Below are positions 25,996-35,448 of a stretch of DNA of 64,000 nucleotides, one piece after another (position 1 is the stretch's first letter; every line of letters starts with the position of its first letter). Position numbers and translations under genes: made by a program. Under the pieces are notes generated by a model. It had not been told where the DNA came from, searched no databases, and saw only the letters and a program-made list of their open reading frames with translations. This DNA comes from an uncultured Pseudomonadota bacterium (GTDB lineage Bacteria > Pseudomonadota > Gammaproteobacteria > Steroidobacterales > Steroidobacteraceae). The stretch is from NCBI GenBank assembly GCA_963821745.1, contig CAWGEU010000001.1, positions 920,305 to 984,304 on the forward strand, in the 5' to 3' direction.

Positions 25996-26017
25996 TGCCA
26001 ATGGGGAAGGGCTTTTC

Positions 26018-26347
26018 ATGAAGTGGCTCGCAGCAGCGTTGCTCACCGTCGTACTGCTGCTGCAGTACCGCCTCTGGCTGTCCAGCGATGGCGTGCGGGA
26101 GCTCGCGCGCCTGTCGGAAGCCGTGGAACGCCAGAAGTCGGACAACGTAGAGGCGGCAGAGCGCAACAAGCAGCTCATCGCCGAGGTGGCGGACCTGAAG
26201 GCCGGCATGGCGGCTATCGAAGAACGCGCCCGCAGCGAGCTCGGCATGATCGGCCGCAACGAAACCTTCTATCAGGTCGTGCCGGTCCGGCCGCGCACCG
26301 CCCTGCCCACGCGCCCGGCCGAACACACCAAGACCGCCGCGCGCTGA
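26018..26347 (+). CDS. ftsB: Cell division protein FtsB
   Basis: MKWLAAALLTVVLLLQYRLWLS (a single TM), followed by a coiled coil and ARSELGMIGRNETFYQVV. It lies directly upstream of ispD, as in many Gammaproteobacteria. Confidence 0.87.
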   Translation: MKWLAAALLTVVLLLQYRLWLSSDGVRELARLSEAVERQKSDNVEAAERNKQLIAEVADLKAGMAAIEERARSELGMIGRNETFYQVVPVRPRTALPTRPAEHTKTAAR

Positions 26348-26369
26348 TCTCGCTTAAGCTTCGCTCTCT

Positions 26370-27087
26370 ATGCGCTATTTCGTCGTCATCCCGGCCGCGG
26401 GCAGCGGCCGGCGTTTTTCAACGTCCATTGCCGAAGCAGTACGCCGCGCTCGGTAGTTCGACCGTCATCGAACACGCGCTGAGCGCGTTCGAATCCGACC
26501 CGGACTGCGGCGGCATCGTGGTCGCGGTCGCATCCGACGACTCCCTGTGGCCCGCCATCGCGGCGCGTCGCTCCAGGCTCATCGAATCCGTGGAAGGCGG
26601 CGCGGAGCGTGCGCACTCGGTGCGCAACGCGCTGCGCGCCCTGTTGGCGCGCGTGCGCGACGACGACTGGATCATGGTTCACGACGCGGCGCGGCCATGC
26701 TTTTCCAGATCGGATCTTCAGCTGCTCAAGCGTGAACTGGCGTCGCATCCCGTGGGCGGGCTGCTGGCGGTGCCGCTGGCCGACACACTGAAACGCGCGC
26801 TCGAGCCCGGCGCACGTGCCACGCATGTCGATGCGACGATCGATCGCGCGGGGCTGTGGCGCGCTGCCACGCCACAGGTATTCCGTTGCGGCGTATTGCT
26901 GCGCGCGCTCGAAGCCGCGCTCGACGCGGACCGGATGCCCACCGACGAAGCGCAGGCCATCGAATGGAGTGGCCAGCGGCCGCTGCTGGTGGCCGGCCGG
27001 GCGGACAACATCAAGGTCACCACGGCGGAAGATCTCACACTCGCCGCCGCCATACTCAGCGTGCGCGCGACACAGGAGCTCAAGTAA
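26370..27087 (+). CDS. ispD: 2-C-methyl-D-erythritol 4-phosphate cytidylyltransferase IspD. Frame change near 26415.
   Basis: MRYFVVIPAAGSGRRF from the ATG at 26370. After one frame shift it continues LPKQYAALGSSTVIEHAL...VHDAARPC...TDEAQAIEW (ORF 26023..27087). Confidence 0.88.
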
Positions 27088-27554
27088 TGCGAATCGGTTC
27101 CGGTTTCGACGTGCACGCCTTCGGCCCAGGTGATTCCATCGTGCTCGGCGGCGTGCGCATTCCGCACTCGCGCGGCGTGGTGGCGCACAGCGACGGCGAC
27201 GTCGTGCTCCATGCGCTCTGCGACGCATTGTTAGGCGCCGCGGGCTTAGGGGACATCGGCATGCACTTTCCCGATACGGACCCGGTGTGGAAGGGCGCCG
27301 ACAGCCGGCGCTTCGTCGCGGCGGTGCTCGACATGCTCAGCGTGCGCAAGCTCAAGATCAGCAACGCCGACATCACGTTATTGGCGCAATCGCCCAAGGT
27401 CTCGCCATATCGCCTCGAGATCCGCCGCTCGCTGGCGCACATGCTGGGCGTCACGGAGAACCAGGTGAACATCAAGGCTACGACCACCGAGCACCTGGGG
27501 TTCATCGGCCGCAACGAAGGTCTCGCGGCACAGGCCATCGTGTTGCTGGAATGA
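27087..27554 (+). CDS. ispF: 2-C-methyl-D-erythritol 2,4-cyclodiphosphate synthase IspF
   Basis: MRIGSGFDVHAF, HSDGDVVLHALCDALLGA and KATTTEHLGFIGR. The ATG overlaps the ispD stop (TAATG). Confidence 0.94.
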   Translation: MRIGSGFDVHAFGPGDSIVLGGVRIPHSRGVVAHSDGDVVLHALCDALLGAAGLGDIGMHFPDTDPVWKGADSRRFVAAVLDMLSVRKLKISNADITLLAQSPKVSPYRLEIRRSLAHMLGVTENQVNIKATTTEHLGFIGRNEGLAAQAIVLLE

Positions 27555-28619
27555 TCCCCGAGAGCTGGCGCCGTGCTGCTCTGGCGCCACCACCGGCCTG
27601 GGGCGCGCCGCTGGGTAACGGCGTGTTGCGTGCCGCACCCGAAGACTTTCAGGTGGACGAAATTCTGGGCTTCGCGGCCGGTGGCGAAGGTCCGCACGCG
27701 CTGCTGCACGTGCGCAAGCGTGGCGCCAATACCGAGTGGGTCGCCCGCGAGCTGGCGCGCGCCGTGGGCGTCAAACCTTTCGAGGTGGGCTTTGCGGGGC
27801 TCAAGGATCGCAATGCCCTGACCACGCAGTATTTCACCGTGCCGCGCGGCAAACGCGCGGCGGAAGAATTCATCGGCCTTGCGGGTGAGGGCTACGAGGT
27901 GCTGAGCGCGGCCGCGCACCAGCGCAAACTGCCGCGCGGCGCGCTCGAGGGCAACCGCTTCGCAATCACCGTGCGCGGGCTCACCTGCGATCCGGCCGGG
28001 CTCGCGCAACGCATGCAGCGCATCGCGACCGGTGGCGCACCTAACTATTTCGGCGAACAGCGTTTCGGGCGCGAGGCGGGCAACCTCGAGCAGGTGTTGC
28101 GTGCCGCGCAAGAGCGTCGAAACGCCGCAGGCGCGCGAACGGCGCGGGCGCGACGATGCGGGCTTCATGCTTTCGGCCGCTCGCAGTCTCATTTTCAATG
28201 CCATCCTCGCCGAGCGCGTGGCCCAGGGAACCTGGAATCGACTGGCGGCGGGCGATGTCGCCAATCTGGACGGCCGCGGCAGCGTGTTCGCCGTCGACCA
28301 GGTGGACGCGGAACTCGAACAACGCTGCGCCGCGCTCGATGTGCATCCGACCGCGCCGCTCGCCGGTGCGGGACAGTCCCTCGCCACGGGCGAGGTGCTC
28401 GCTCTCGAGGACGCCATCGCGGCGCAGTACCCCGAGGCCCTGTCCGTGATTCAGGCCGAGGGCATGAAGTCCGAGAGGCGCGCCCTGCGTATCCGGGTTC
28501 GTGAGCTCGTGCACGAATATGCCGACGATACGCTGCGGCTGCAGTTCGCCTTGTCGGCGGGAAGTTTTGCGACCACTGTACTGCGCGAAATCATCGTGAG
28601 TGAGACCAACGGGGAATGA
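27551..28619 (+). CDS. truD: tRNA pseudouridine(13) synthase TruD. Frame change near 28105.
   Basis: PEDFQVDEILGF and the catalytic GLKDRNALTTQYF, then NYFGEQRFG (ORF 27287..). SAARSLIFNAILAERV follows in ORF 28032..28619. There is an ATGA overlap with ispF. Confidence 0.88.
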
Positions 28620-29407
28620 GCATGCTCGAAATCAGCGACGAACCAGTGATGGCCAATGGCGCGCCCAGCGGCGAGAGCGTGCGAGTCATCAAACTCGCGC
28701 GCCCGCCCGTGAACGCGCTCAACGGCGAACTGATAGGCAGGCTGGTGGCCGCCATCGACGGATCGCCGGAAGCTGCGGCGATCGTCATCGCCGGGCAGCC
28801 CGGCTTGTTTTCCGCGGGGCTCGACGTACCGAGTTTGCTGGCGCTCGATCGCGAAGGACTGTCCGCGGCGTTCGTCGAGTTGTGGCGCGCGCAACGCGCC
28901 ATCGCCACCTCGCGAGTGCCCATCGTGTTCGCCATTACCGGGCACTGTCCGGCGGGCGGCACGGTGCTCGCCATCAACGGCGACTACCGCGTCATGGCGC
29001 AGGGCGAATTTCGGCTCGGCCTCAACGAAGTGCAGGTGGGTCTGTTCCCGGGCGGCGTGATCCACAGTGTCTTCAAGCGGCTGGTGGGCGGTCACACCGC
29101 GCAATTGCTGACGCGCGGCGCGCTCATCGATCCGGCGACGGCGCTGCGTGTCGGCCTGGTGGATGAACTCTGCGATGCAGGGAAGGTTACTGCGCGCGCG
29201 CTCGAAGTGGCGAGCGAGCTCTGCGCCTTGCCGCGCGAGCCGATGATGCGCACGCGCGCCATGACGCGGAGCGACCTCATGGCTATGTACGGCGGTCCTG
29301 CGGAGGCGCGCGAGCCGCGAGCGGGAGTTCGGCGAGATGGGCGCGCAGATGTGGTTTGCGCCCGCCACGCAGGAACTCCTCAGGAAGGCGTTCGTCAAGA
29401 AGCGTTG
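28616..29407 (+). CDS. Enoyl-CoA hydratase/isomerase (crotonase) family protein. Frame change near 29310, so the true stop is the TGA at 29405-29407.
   Basis: ARPPVNALNGELIGRL...IAGQPGLFSAGLDV...ITGHCPAGGTVLAINGDYRVM is the crotonase fold pattern. The C-terminus REFGEMGAQMWFAPATQELLRKAFVKKR is only readable after a frame switch. Confidence 0.75.
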
Positions 29408-29416
29408 AGGGGCAGT

Positions 29417-29461
29417 AAAGGGACAGATCTATTTCGCGGCGAAAATAGATCTGTCCCCTTT
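29417..29461. terminator. 15-18 bp hairpin between convergent genes. It is a possible bidirectional terminator or a member of the repeat family.
   Basis: GGGACAGATCTATTT at 29420-29434 pairs perfectly with AAATAGATCTGTCCC at 29443-29457. AAAG/CTTT extends the stem across a one-base bulge. Only a TTT follows, so the terminator function is uncertain. Confidence 0.45.
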
Positions 29462-30016
29462 AGTGCCCCCTAGCAACACGTTGATGGCGCCAGTGCCGCC
29501 ATCGACGCGGCGCGCCGAGGTGAACGCGAGCACCGGGGCGGTCTTGCGCAGGATCATGTTCACTGCCGTCTTGATGACCGGGCCGCGAGGTCCCGAGTTC
29601 ATGCCCTTGCCATGGATGATGCGCACGCAGCGCAGGTTGTGCGCGAGCGCTTCGGCCAGGAATTCCCGCAGCGCCGCTTTGGCTTCGTCGACGCGCAGTC
29701 CGTGCAGGTCGCAGACTTCTTCGACGCGGTACTCGCCGCGCTTGAGCTTGCGCATGACTCCGTCCTGCACGCCCATGCGGCGGAAGGAGATCTCGTCGCC
29801 GGTGTCGGTGATCTCATCAGCCGGGCCCTGCAGGCTTTCGACCAGCACCATGGCGCGATCCGCGGCGGTGAATCGCGCTTTCGCCGGAGGCTTGCGTTTG
29901 GCGGGTGGAACACGAGGGCGGGCCACGATCGGCTTGACGTCGTGCATCGCTTCGCGAAACACATCCGTGTCCGGATCGGTGCGTTTGCCGTTCAAGCTAC
30001 CTCCGCGTTGATGCAT
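29429..30016 (-). CDS. Smr-domain protein (SmrA/YdaL-like endonuclease)
   Basis: C-terminal Smr domain CDLHGLRVDEAKAALREFL...CVRIIHGKGMNSGPRGPVIK...VLAF. Start taken at the MHQRGG methionine (30016) inside ORF 29429..30250. Confidence 0.75.
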   Translation of the reverse strand: MHQRGGSLNGKRTDPDTDVFREAMHDVKPIVARPRVPPAKRKPPAKARFTAADRAMVLVESLQGPADEITDTGDEISFRRMGVQDGVMRKLKRGEYRVEEVCDLHGLRVDEAKAALREFLAEALAHNLRCVRIIHGKGMNSGPRGPVIKTAVNMILRKTAPVLAFTSARRVDGGTGAINVLLGGTKGDRSIFAAK

Positions 30017-30034
30017 TGAGTATATTGCGCGCCG

Positions 30035-30809
30035 GTGCGAATCCTCATATCCAACGACGACGGTTACCGTGCTCGCGGCATTCACGCGCTGCGCGAAGGG
30101 CTCAAGGGCCTGGGAGATCTCACGGTGGTGGCGCCTGACCGCAATCGCAGCGGCGCCAGCAACTCGCTGACTCTCGAATTGCCGCTCCGGGTCGGCCAGG
30201 CCGAAGCGGATGTGTACTTCGTCGAGGGCACGCCGACGGACTGCGTGCACCTCGCGGTCTCGGGCCTGTTTCCGTTCGAGCCTGACATGGTCGTGTCGGG
30301 CGTCAATGACGGCTCGAATCTCGGTGACGACGTGTTGTATTCCGGCACGGTTGCCGCCGCAACCGAAGGCCGCTTCCTCGGCAAGGCCGCGGTCGCGGTC
30401 TCACTGCACACCGACGGTTTGCGTGGCGATGTCACTCGCCACTTCGAGACCGGCGCTCATTTCGCGCGCGTGATCGTCGAACGGTTGAGCGCGACGCCGC
30501 TCACGCTGCGGTGGCCGCGCGACCATCCTCAACGTCAACGTGCCGAATCTCCCGGTGAGCGAGGTCAAAGGCATCAAGGTCACGCGGCTCGGCAACCGTC
30601 ATCGCTCCGAGGCGGTGATCAAGGCCGAAGATCCGCGCGGACGTCCGGTGTACTGGGTGGGACCCGCGGGCGCCAGCCAGGATGCGGGACCCGGCACGGA
30701 TTTTCATGCAGTGGCCGAAGGCTACGTGTCCGTCACGCCACTCACGGTCGATCTCACCAACCACGCCGCGCTCGATGGCTTGCGCAGCTGGTTCGGGCCC
30801 GACGCGTGA
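30035..30809 (+). CDS. surE: 5'/3'-nucleotidase SurE. Frame change near 30515.
   Basis: [27 protein letters not shown] and [10 protein letters not shown]...[23 protein letters not shown] (ORF 30035..). Then LNVNVPNL...YVSVTPL follows in ORF 30540..30809. Confidence 0.9.
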
Positions 30810-31472
30810 ACGAGAGCCGAACCGCCGGCATCGGCATGACCTCCGCGCGCACGCGCGACCGGCTGGTGCAACGGCTGCGCGAACAGGGCATCACCAATCT
30901 CGCGGTGCTCGACCGGATCCGCAATGTTCCGCGCCACATCTTCGTCGACGAAGCGCTGGCCTCGCGCGCCTACGAGGACACCGCGCTGCCGATCGGTTTT
31001 CGCCAGACCATTTCGCAGCCCTACATCGTCGCGCGCATGACCGAGGCCCTCATCGAAGGCGGACGCAAGATCGGCAAGGTGCTCGAAGTGGGGACGGGCT
31101 GCGGCTATCAGACCGCGGTGCTCGCGCCCTTCGTGAAGAAGATCTACTCCATCGAACGCATCGAGCCGCTCGCCAAGCGGGCCAAGGCCACGCTCAAGGA
31201 GCTCGGCATCAGGAACGTCATGCTCAAGCATGGTGATGGCACGACCGGGCTGGAAATCGCAGAAACCATTCGACGGCATCCTGGTGGCCGCTGCGCCGCT
31301 GGCAGTTCCCGAGGCGCTGTTCGCGCAACTCGCAAACAAAGGGCGCCTGATCGTGCCTGTAGGACCAGAAGGTGCCCAGCAGCTCATGCGCTTCACCCGG
31401 CGTGACGAGCGAGCTCGAGCGGGAGGTGTTAGGTGCGGTTGCCTTCGTTCCGATGCTCGGCGGCACCGCCTG
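30806..31472 (+). CDS. pcm: Protein-L-isoaspartate O-methyltransferase. Frame changes near 31255 and 31408.
   Basis: [38 protein letters not shown] and the SAM motif [16 protein letters not shown]. Then [29 protein letters not shown] (ORF 31230..), and a final [20 protein letters not shown] in a third frame. There is a GTGA overlap with surE. Confidence 0.88.
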
Positions 31473-31668
31473 ACGTTTGCGCGCTGCGACAGAGTATTCG
31501 AGTGATTTCTCGGATACGGTATGCGTTATAACTCATTGTTTTTACAGACGCTTAGCAACGCCAGTTTGTGGCTGGTTGTCAGCCGCCGAAGGCGAAGGCT
31601 TGTCAGTGCGGATTTAACATGTTTTCATGTCGCCGCCTGCCGACAGAGACACTCGTAAGAGTTTGCGA

Positions 31669-31843
31669 GGGGTCCCGGTTGAAGGCACAGGGGAGAACGG
31701 GGAAGTCGCGGCAATAAGAAGAACAAGCCGAATAGAAGAAAAAAAAATTCGCCAGTAATTCGAGTCTGTCAGCTTCGAACCATTGGCCTCGCTAAACAAC
31801 TTTCTCCCCCTGTGTCTTCACTCGGGTCCCTTCGAGGGACCCG
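31669..31843. repeat. Imperfect ~29-nt inverted repeat (104-nt A-rich spacer) plus a perfect 8-bp hairpin, inside the AT-rich 31473-31817 non-coding gap
   Basis: GGGGTCCCGGTTGAAGGCACAGGGGAGAA (31669-31697) versus TTCTCCCCCTGTGTCTTCACTCGGGTCCC (31802-31830), about 80% complementary. The hairpin is CGGGTCCC-TTCGA-GGGACCCG at 31823-31843. An A9 run lies at 31739-31747. Confidence 0.5.
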
Positions 31844-32210
31844 GCAGCAGAATCGCTGCCAGCACATGGCGGGATTCCCCGACCAGAACGTTGTAGGTGC
31901 GGCAGGCCGCGCCAATCTCCATCACCTCGAGCCCTATCTTTCGCGTCGCGAATTCCGCGCGCAGCGCGGCGCGTGGAAATATCTGGCGCGCGCCGGTCGA
32001 CAGCACCACCACTTCCGGCTCGAGCGCAAACAACGGTGCGAAATGTTCGGGCGTGAGTTCATCGACGGATGCGCGGTGTCCAGGGCGAGAGCGTGTTCGC
32101 GCCGACGATGCAGCTTCGCGCGAATTTCGTCGCTCGCCGATGACGATGAAATCGGCGCCATAGCGCCTGATGAGGTTGATGCCGTCGGGTCGTTGCTGAG
32201 TGAACTTCAT
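31818..32210 (-). CDS. Mth938-like (DUF498) domain protein. It probably has two compensating frame changes near 32130 and 32075.
   Basis: GINLIRRYGADFIVIGERR ... ELTPEHFAPLFALEPEVVVLSTGARQIFP...KIGLEVMEIGAACRTYNVLVGESRHVLAAILL fits the family. The middle segment reads better in another frame (FARSCIVGANTLSPW, ORF 32059..32244). Confidence 0.55.
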   Translation of the reverse strand: MKFTQQRPDGINLIRRYGADFIVIGERRNSREAASSARTRSRPGHRASVDELTPEHFAPLFALEPEVVVLSTGARQIFPRAALRAEFATRKIGLEVMEIGAACRTYNVLVGESRHVLAAILLPGPSKGPE

Positions 32211-32230
32211 GGGTCCGATACGATACCGCC

Positions 32231-33232
32231 ATGCGCCGCCTCACGCTGATCCTCTCCGACCTCTACCTGCCGGAGGAGGCGGGCCGAGGAGCTGCCGTCG
32301 CCGGTGACACGCGAGCTGCCCGAGTCTCGAGTGGCTGCTGCGCTTTTCCGATTCGCCAGAGCGCATCGGTGACTGGCGGCAGTGGCTTCTGGCGCTAACG
32401 GCGCCAGGTGCCAACACATTCCTCTCGCGGCGTACTGTGCGTACGGACATGTCGATGACGGGGTCCTTGAATCGACGTGGCTGGCCACGCCCGTAGCCCT
32501 GGAGGCGCGACTCGATCACGTGCGGCTCGCTCGATCGCGGGCTGCTGCGCCTCGATGAGTCGGAGCGCGCCAGCTGTCGCGAAGAATTTGCGCGCGTGTT
32601 CGGTCCGCAGTTCCTGCTTCATGATGGCGGCGAGCGCGCGTTCTTCCTGAGCGGATTGCCGGCGGCCGGCGTGCACACGGTCGATCCGGCCCGGCTGCTC
32701 GGTGACCGAAATCGGTCCGGCATTGCCGCGGCGCGAGGCCGGCGAGTTGCGGCGGCTCTGGACGGAGATCGAGATGTGGTTGCATGGCGCGGCGTTCAAC
32801 ACGGCGCGCGAACGCGCGGGAAAGGCGCGTGTGTCCGCATTGTGGCTGTGGGGCGCGAGGTCAACTCCGTCGACCCGTGGGCGCGTCGAAGCCCGGCAAG
32901 CGGATGCCGCCTACTTCGGTGGCGATCCGCTGATTGCCCGTCTCGGCCGACTCGACGCGCACCGCGCACGCGGTGTTCCCAAGCAACTGGCGCACATCGA
33001 TTCTGCGGAGGCGCATGTGGTGGTGGAGTTCGCCTCGCTGACGGGTGGACCGCACGAATCCCTGGAGGCGTTCGACGCAAACTGGTTTGCGCCCGCGAAA
33101 GCATCACTGGAAACCGGTGACATTGGTGAGCTCGACCTGGTCGCCAACGATCGATGGTTTCGCATCGCGGCACGTCCGGGGTGGCGCCTCTGGCGCAAAC
33201 GTACTCCGTGGCTCGCGCGCCTCGGCCGTTGA
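32231..33232 (+). CDS. Conserved hypothetical protein (I recall it as COG4255-like), ~334 aa. At least 5 frame changes between 32285 and 32700.
   Basis: Pieces in different frames: MRRLTLILSDLYLPEEA, ELPSPVTRELPE, WLLRFSDSPERIGDWRQWLLAL, WLATPVALEARLDHVRL, LDESERASCREEFARVFGPQFLLHDGGERAFFLSG. An intact tail follows: ELRRLWTEIEMWLHGAAFN...ALWLWGA...DLVANDRWFRI (ORF 32702..33232). Confidence 0.5.
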
Positions 33233-33251
33233 GCGAATAGAATCGGCGCCC

Positions 33252-34964
33252 ATGGATCTGGTCATCGAAAGACGCGCAGCGCGAGGCAACGAGATCACCG
33301 ATCTCGCGATGCATCCGGTCCTGCGCCGCGCCTACGCGGCACGCGGCGTGTGCGACGGACAGGAACTCGCGCTCACGCTCGACCGGCTCATGCCGGTGGG
33401 CACGCTCGACAGCGTCGATGCGGCCGTGGTCCTGATCCTCGCGCATCGCGAACGCCGCATCCTCGTAGTCGGGGATTTCGACGCGGATGGCGCAACCAGC
33501 ACGGCATTGATCGTGCGCTGCCTGCGTGCCTGGGGTTTCGCGTCGGTGGATTTTCTCGTTCCCAATCGCTTTGAGTTCGGCTACGGGCTCACGCCGGAAA
33601 TCGTGGGACTGGCTGCCGAACGAAATCCATCGCTCATCATCACCGTCGACAACGGCATCTCGAGCAACGCCGGCGTCGCGGCGGCGCGGGCGCGCGGCAT
33701 CCAGGTGCTGGTCACCGATCACCATCTGCCGGGTCCTTCGCTGCCGGACGCCGATGTGATCGTCAATCCCAACGTCCCGGGCAGCCGCTTCGGTTCGCGT
33801 GCGCTCGCGGGCGTCGGCGTCGCTTTCTATGTGATGGCTGCCGTGCGTCGCGAAATCGATGCACGCGGTACGGTGGTGATGCCGCCAGTCACCGATTTCC
33901 TGGACCTCGTCGCGCTCGGCACGGTTGCAGACCTGGTGCCGCTCGATGTGAACAATCGCGTGCTCGTGGCGCAGGGCATACGGCGCATTCGCGCCGGCCG
34001 CGCGGTGCCCGGAATTCGCGCGTTGCTGGAAATCGGCAAACGATCCGTGCAAGCGGTCACCGCGGCGGATCTCGGTTTCACGATCGGTCCGCGGCTCAAC
34101 GCAGCCGGCCGGCTCGATGACATGTCGATCGGCATTCGCTGCCTGCTGGCGGACACTGAAGCGGAGGCGCAGGCGCTCGCCGCGCGCCTCGATCAGCTGA
34201 ACGTCGAGCGCCGCGAGATCGAAGCGCGCATGCAGGGTGTGGCGCTGGCCGCGGTGCAGGGATTGCGCGACCCGGATGCCAATGCACCCACGCGCCATGG
34301 CGTATGTCTGTTCGATGCGGATTGGCACCAGGGTGTGGTCGGGCTGGTGGCGAGCCGCATCAAGGATCGCGTGCGCCGCCCGGTCATCGCATTTGCCCGC
34401 AATGCCGACGGCACCTTGCGCGGATCGGCGCGGTCGGTTCCCGGCATCCACATTCGCGACGTGCTCGACGGCATTGCCGCGCGGCATCCCGAGCTCATCA
34501 GCCGGTTTGGCGGACACGCGATGGCCGCGGGGTTGTCGCTCGAGGAGCGGCATCTCGATGCTTTCGCGCGCGCGTTCGATCAGGAGGTCGCACGCTGGCG
34601 CGATCCGTCCATTCCATCGAATCGCGTGGAGACCGACGGCGAGCTCACGAGCGACGAGATCGCGCTCGAAACGGCGCAGGCGCTGCGCGACGGCGGTCCC
34701 TGGGGCCAGGCGTTTCCCGAACCTTGCTTCGACGGTGTGTTCGCGATCAGGAACGCCCGCGTGGTGGGCGACAAACATCTCAAGATGTGGGTCACCACGG
34801 CGGATCAGTCGCGCAACTTCGACGCCATCGCGTTCAACTTCAAGGGCAGCGACGAGAATCCGCGGCTGCCCGAGGGTGACGTGCGCCTCGTCTACCGGCT
34901 CGACATCAACGAATACAAGGGCGAGCGCCGCCTGCAGCTGCTCGTCGACCACGTCCTGCCATGA
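33252..34964 (+). CDS. recJ: Single-stranded-DNA-specific exonuclease RecJ
   Basis: ILVVGDFDADGATSTAL, ITVDNGISS, LVTDHHLPG and GGHAMAAGLSL motifs. Intact 570 aa from the ATG at 33252. Confidence 0.94.
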   Translation: MDLVIERRAARGNEITDLAMHPVLRRAYAARGVCDGQELALTLDRLMPVGTLDSVDAAVVLILAHRERRILVVGDFDADGATSTALIVRCLRAWGFASVDFLVPNRFEFGYGLTPEIVGLAAERNPSLIITVDNGISSNAGVAAARARGIQVLVTDHHLPGPSLPDADVIVNPNVPGSRFGSRALAGVGVAFYVMAAVRREIDARGTVVMPPVTDFLDLVALGTVADLVPLDVNNRVLVAQGIRRIRAGRAVPGIRALLEIGKRSVQAVTAADLGFTIGPRLNAAGRLDDMSIGIRCLLADTEAEAQALAARLDQLNVERREIEARMQGVALAAVQGLRDPDANAPTRHGVCLFDADWHQGVVGLVASRIKDRVRRPVIAFARNADGTLRGSARSVPGIHIRDVLDGIAARHPELISRFGGHAMAAGLSLEERHLDAFARAFDQEVARWRDPSIPSNRVETDGELTSDEIALETAQALRDGGPWGQAFPEPCFDGVFAIRNARVVGDKHLKMWVTTADQSRNFDAIAFNFKGSDENPRLPEGDVRLVYRLDINEYKGERRLQLLVDHVLP

Positions 34965-35436
34965 GCGCGCCGGTCACCACTAACTACACGATCCGCGAGG
35001 GCGATCCGCTCGACCCGCAGGTGCGCGCGCTGATCGCCGAGCTCGATGCGTTCAATTCCGCGCTGTATCCGGCCGAGAGCAATCACTTCGATCCGCCGGA
35101 GACGCTGGCGGCGCGCACGCGGCATCTTCCTGGTGGTGGAGCAGGACGGCGAGCTGGTCGGTTGCGGTGCGGCGAAGAACTGCGGCGGTTGGGCGGAGCT
35201 CAAACGCATGTACCTCAAGCCAGAAGTCGCGCGGCGAGGGCCTCGCGCTGGCCATGCTGGTGAAACTGCTCGATTGGGCGCGTTCGGAGAAGCTCCCGCT
35301 GGCGCGGCTCGAAACCGGAAACGTCAGCGTTGGCGCGCTCAAGCTCTACCGGCGCGCGGGATTCAAGGAAATTCCTGCGTTTCCGCCCTACAAACCCGAC
35401 CCGTTATCGATATTCATGGAGCGCGCCCTCAGGTAG
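34961..35436 (+). CDS. GNAT family N-acetyltransferase. Frame changes near 35115 and 35222.
   Basis: IFLVVEQDGELVGCGAAK..AELKRMYLKPE, then the acetyl-CoA motif SRGEGLALAMLVKLLDWA, and ALKLYRRAGFKEI. There is an ATGA overlap with recJ. Confidence 0.75.
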
Positions 35437-35448
35437 AGTGCGCCCCCT

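Noticed and set aside
29429-30250. Full 273-aa ORF as the Smr gene, overlapping the surE start region
   Set aside because: The first 78 codons are antisense to surE and are non-conserved. The Smr-family sequence starts at the methionine at 30016, leaving an 18-bp divergent spacer.
31765-31795. tRNA-like GGTTCGAA box (minus strand) in the AT-rich gap
   Set aside because: No flanking 5-bp T-stem, acceptor stem or anticodon arm can be drawn around it. It appears to be an isolated chance match.
31560-31850. RsmY/RsmZ-type sRNA in the position next to where rpoS would be
   Set aside because: There are only a few GGA motifs, and none is clearly presented in a hairpin loop. No rho-independent terminator with a T-run follows a GC stem on either strand. 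I keep it only as something for a covariance-model search to test.
32796-34952. 718-aa minus-strand ORF opposite recJ
   Set aside because: Same reasoning. recJ on the plus strand carries all the DHH/DHHA1 motifs, and the antisense translation is low-complexity.
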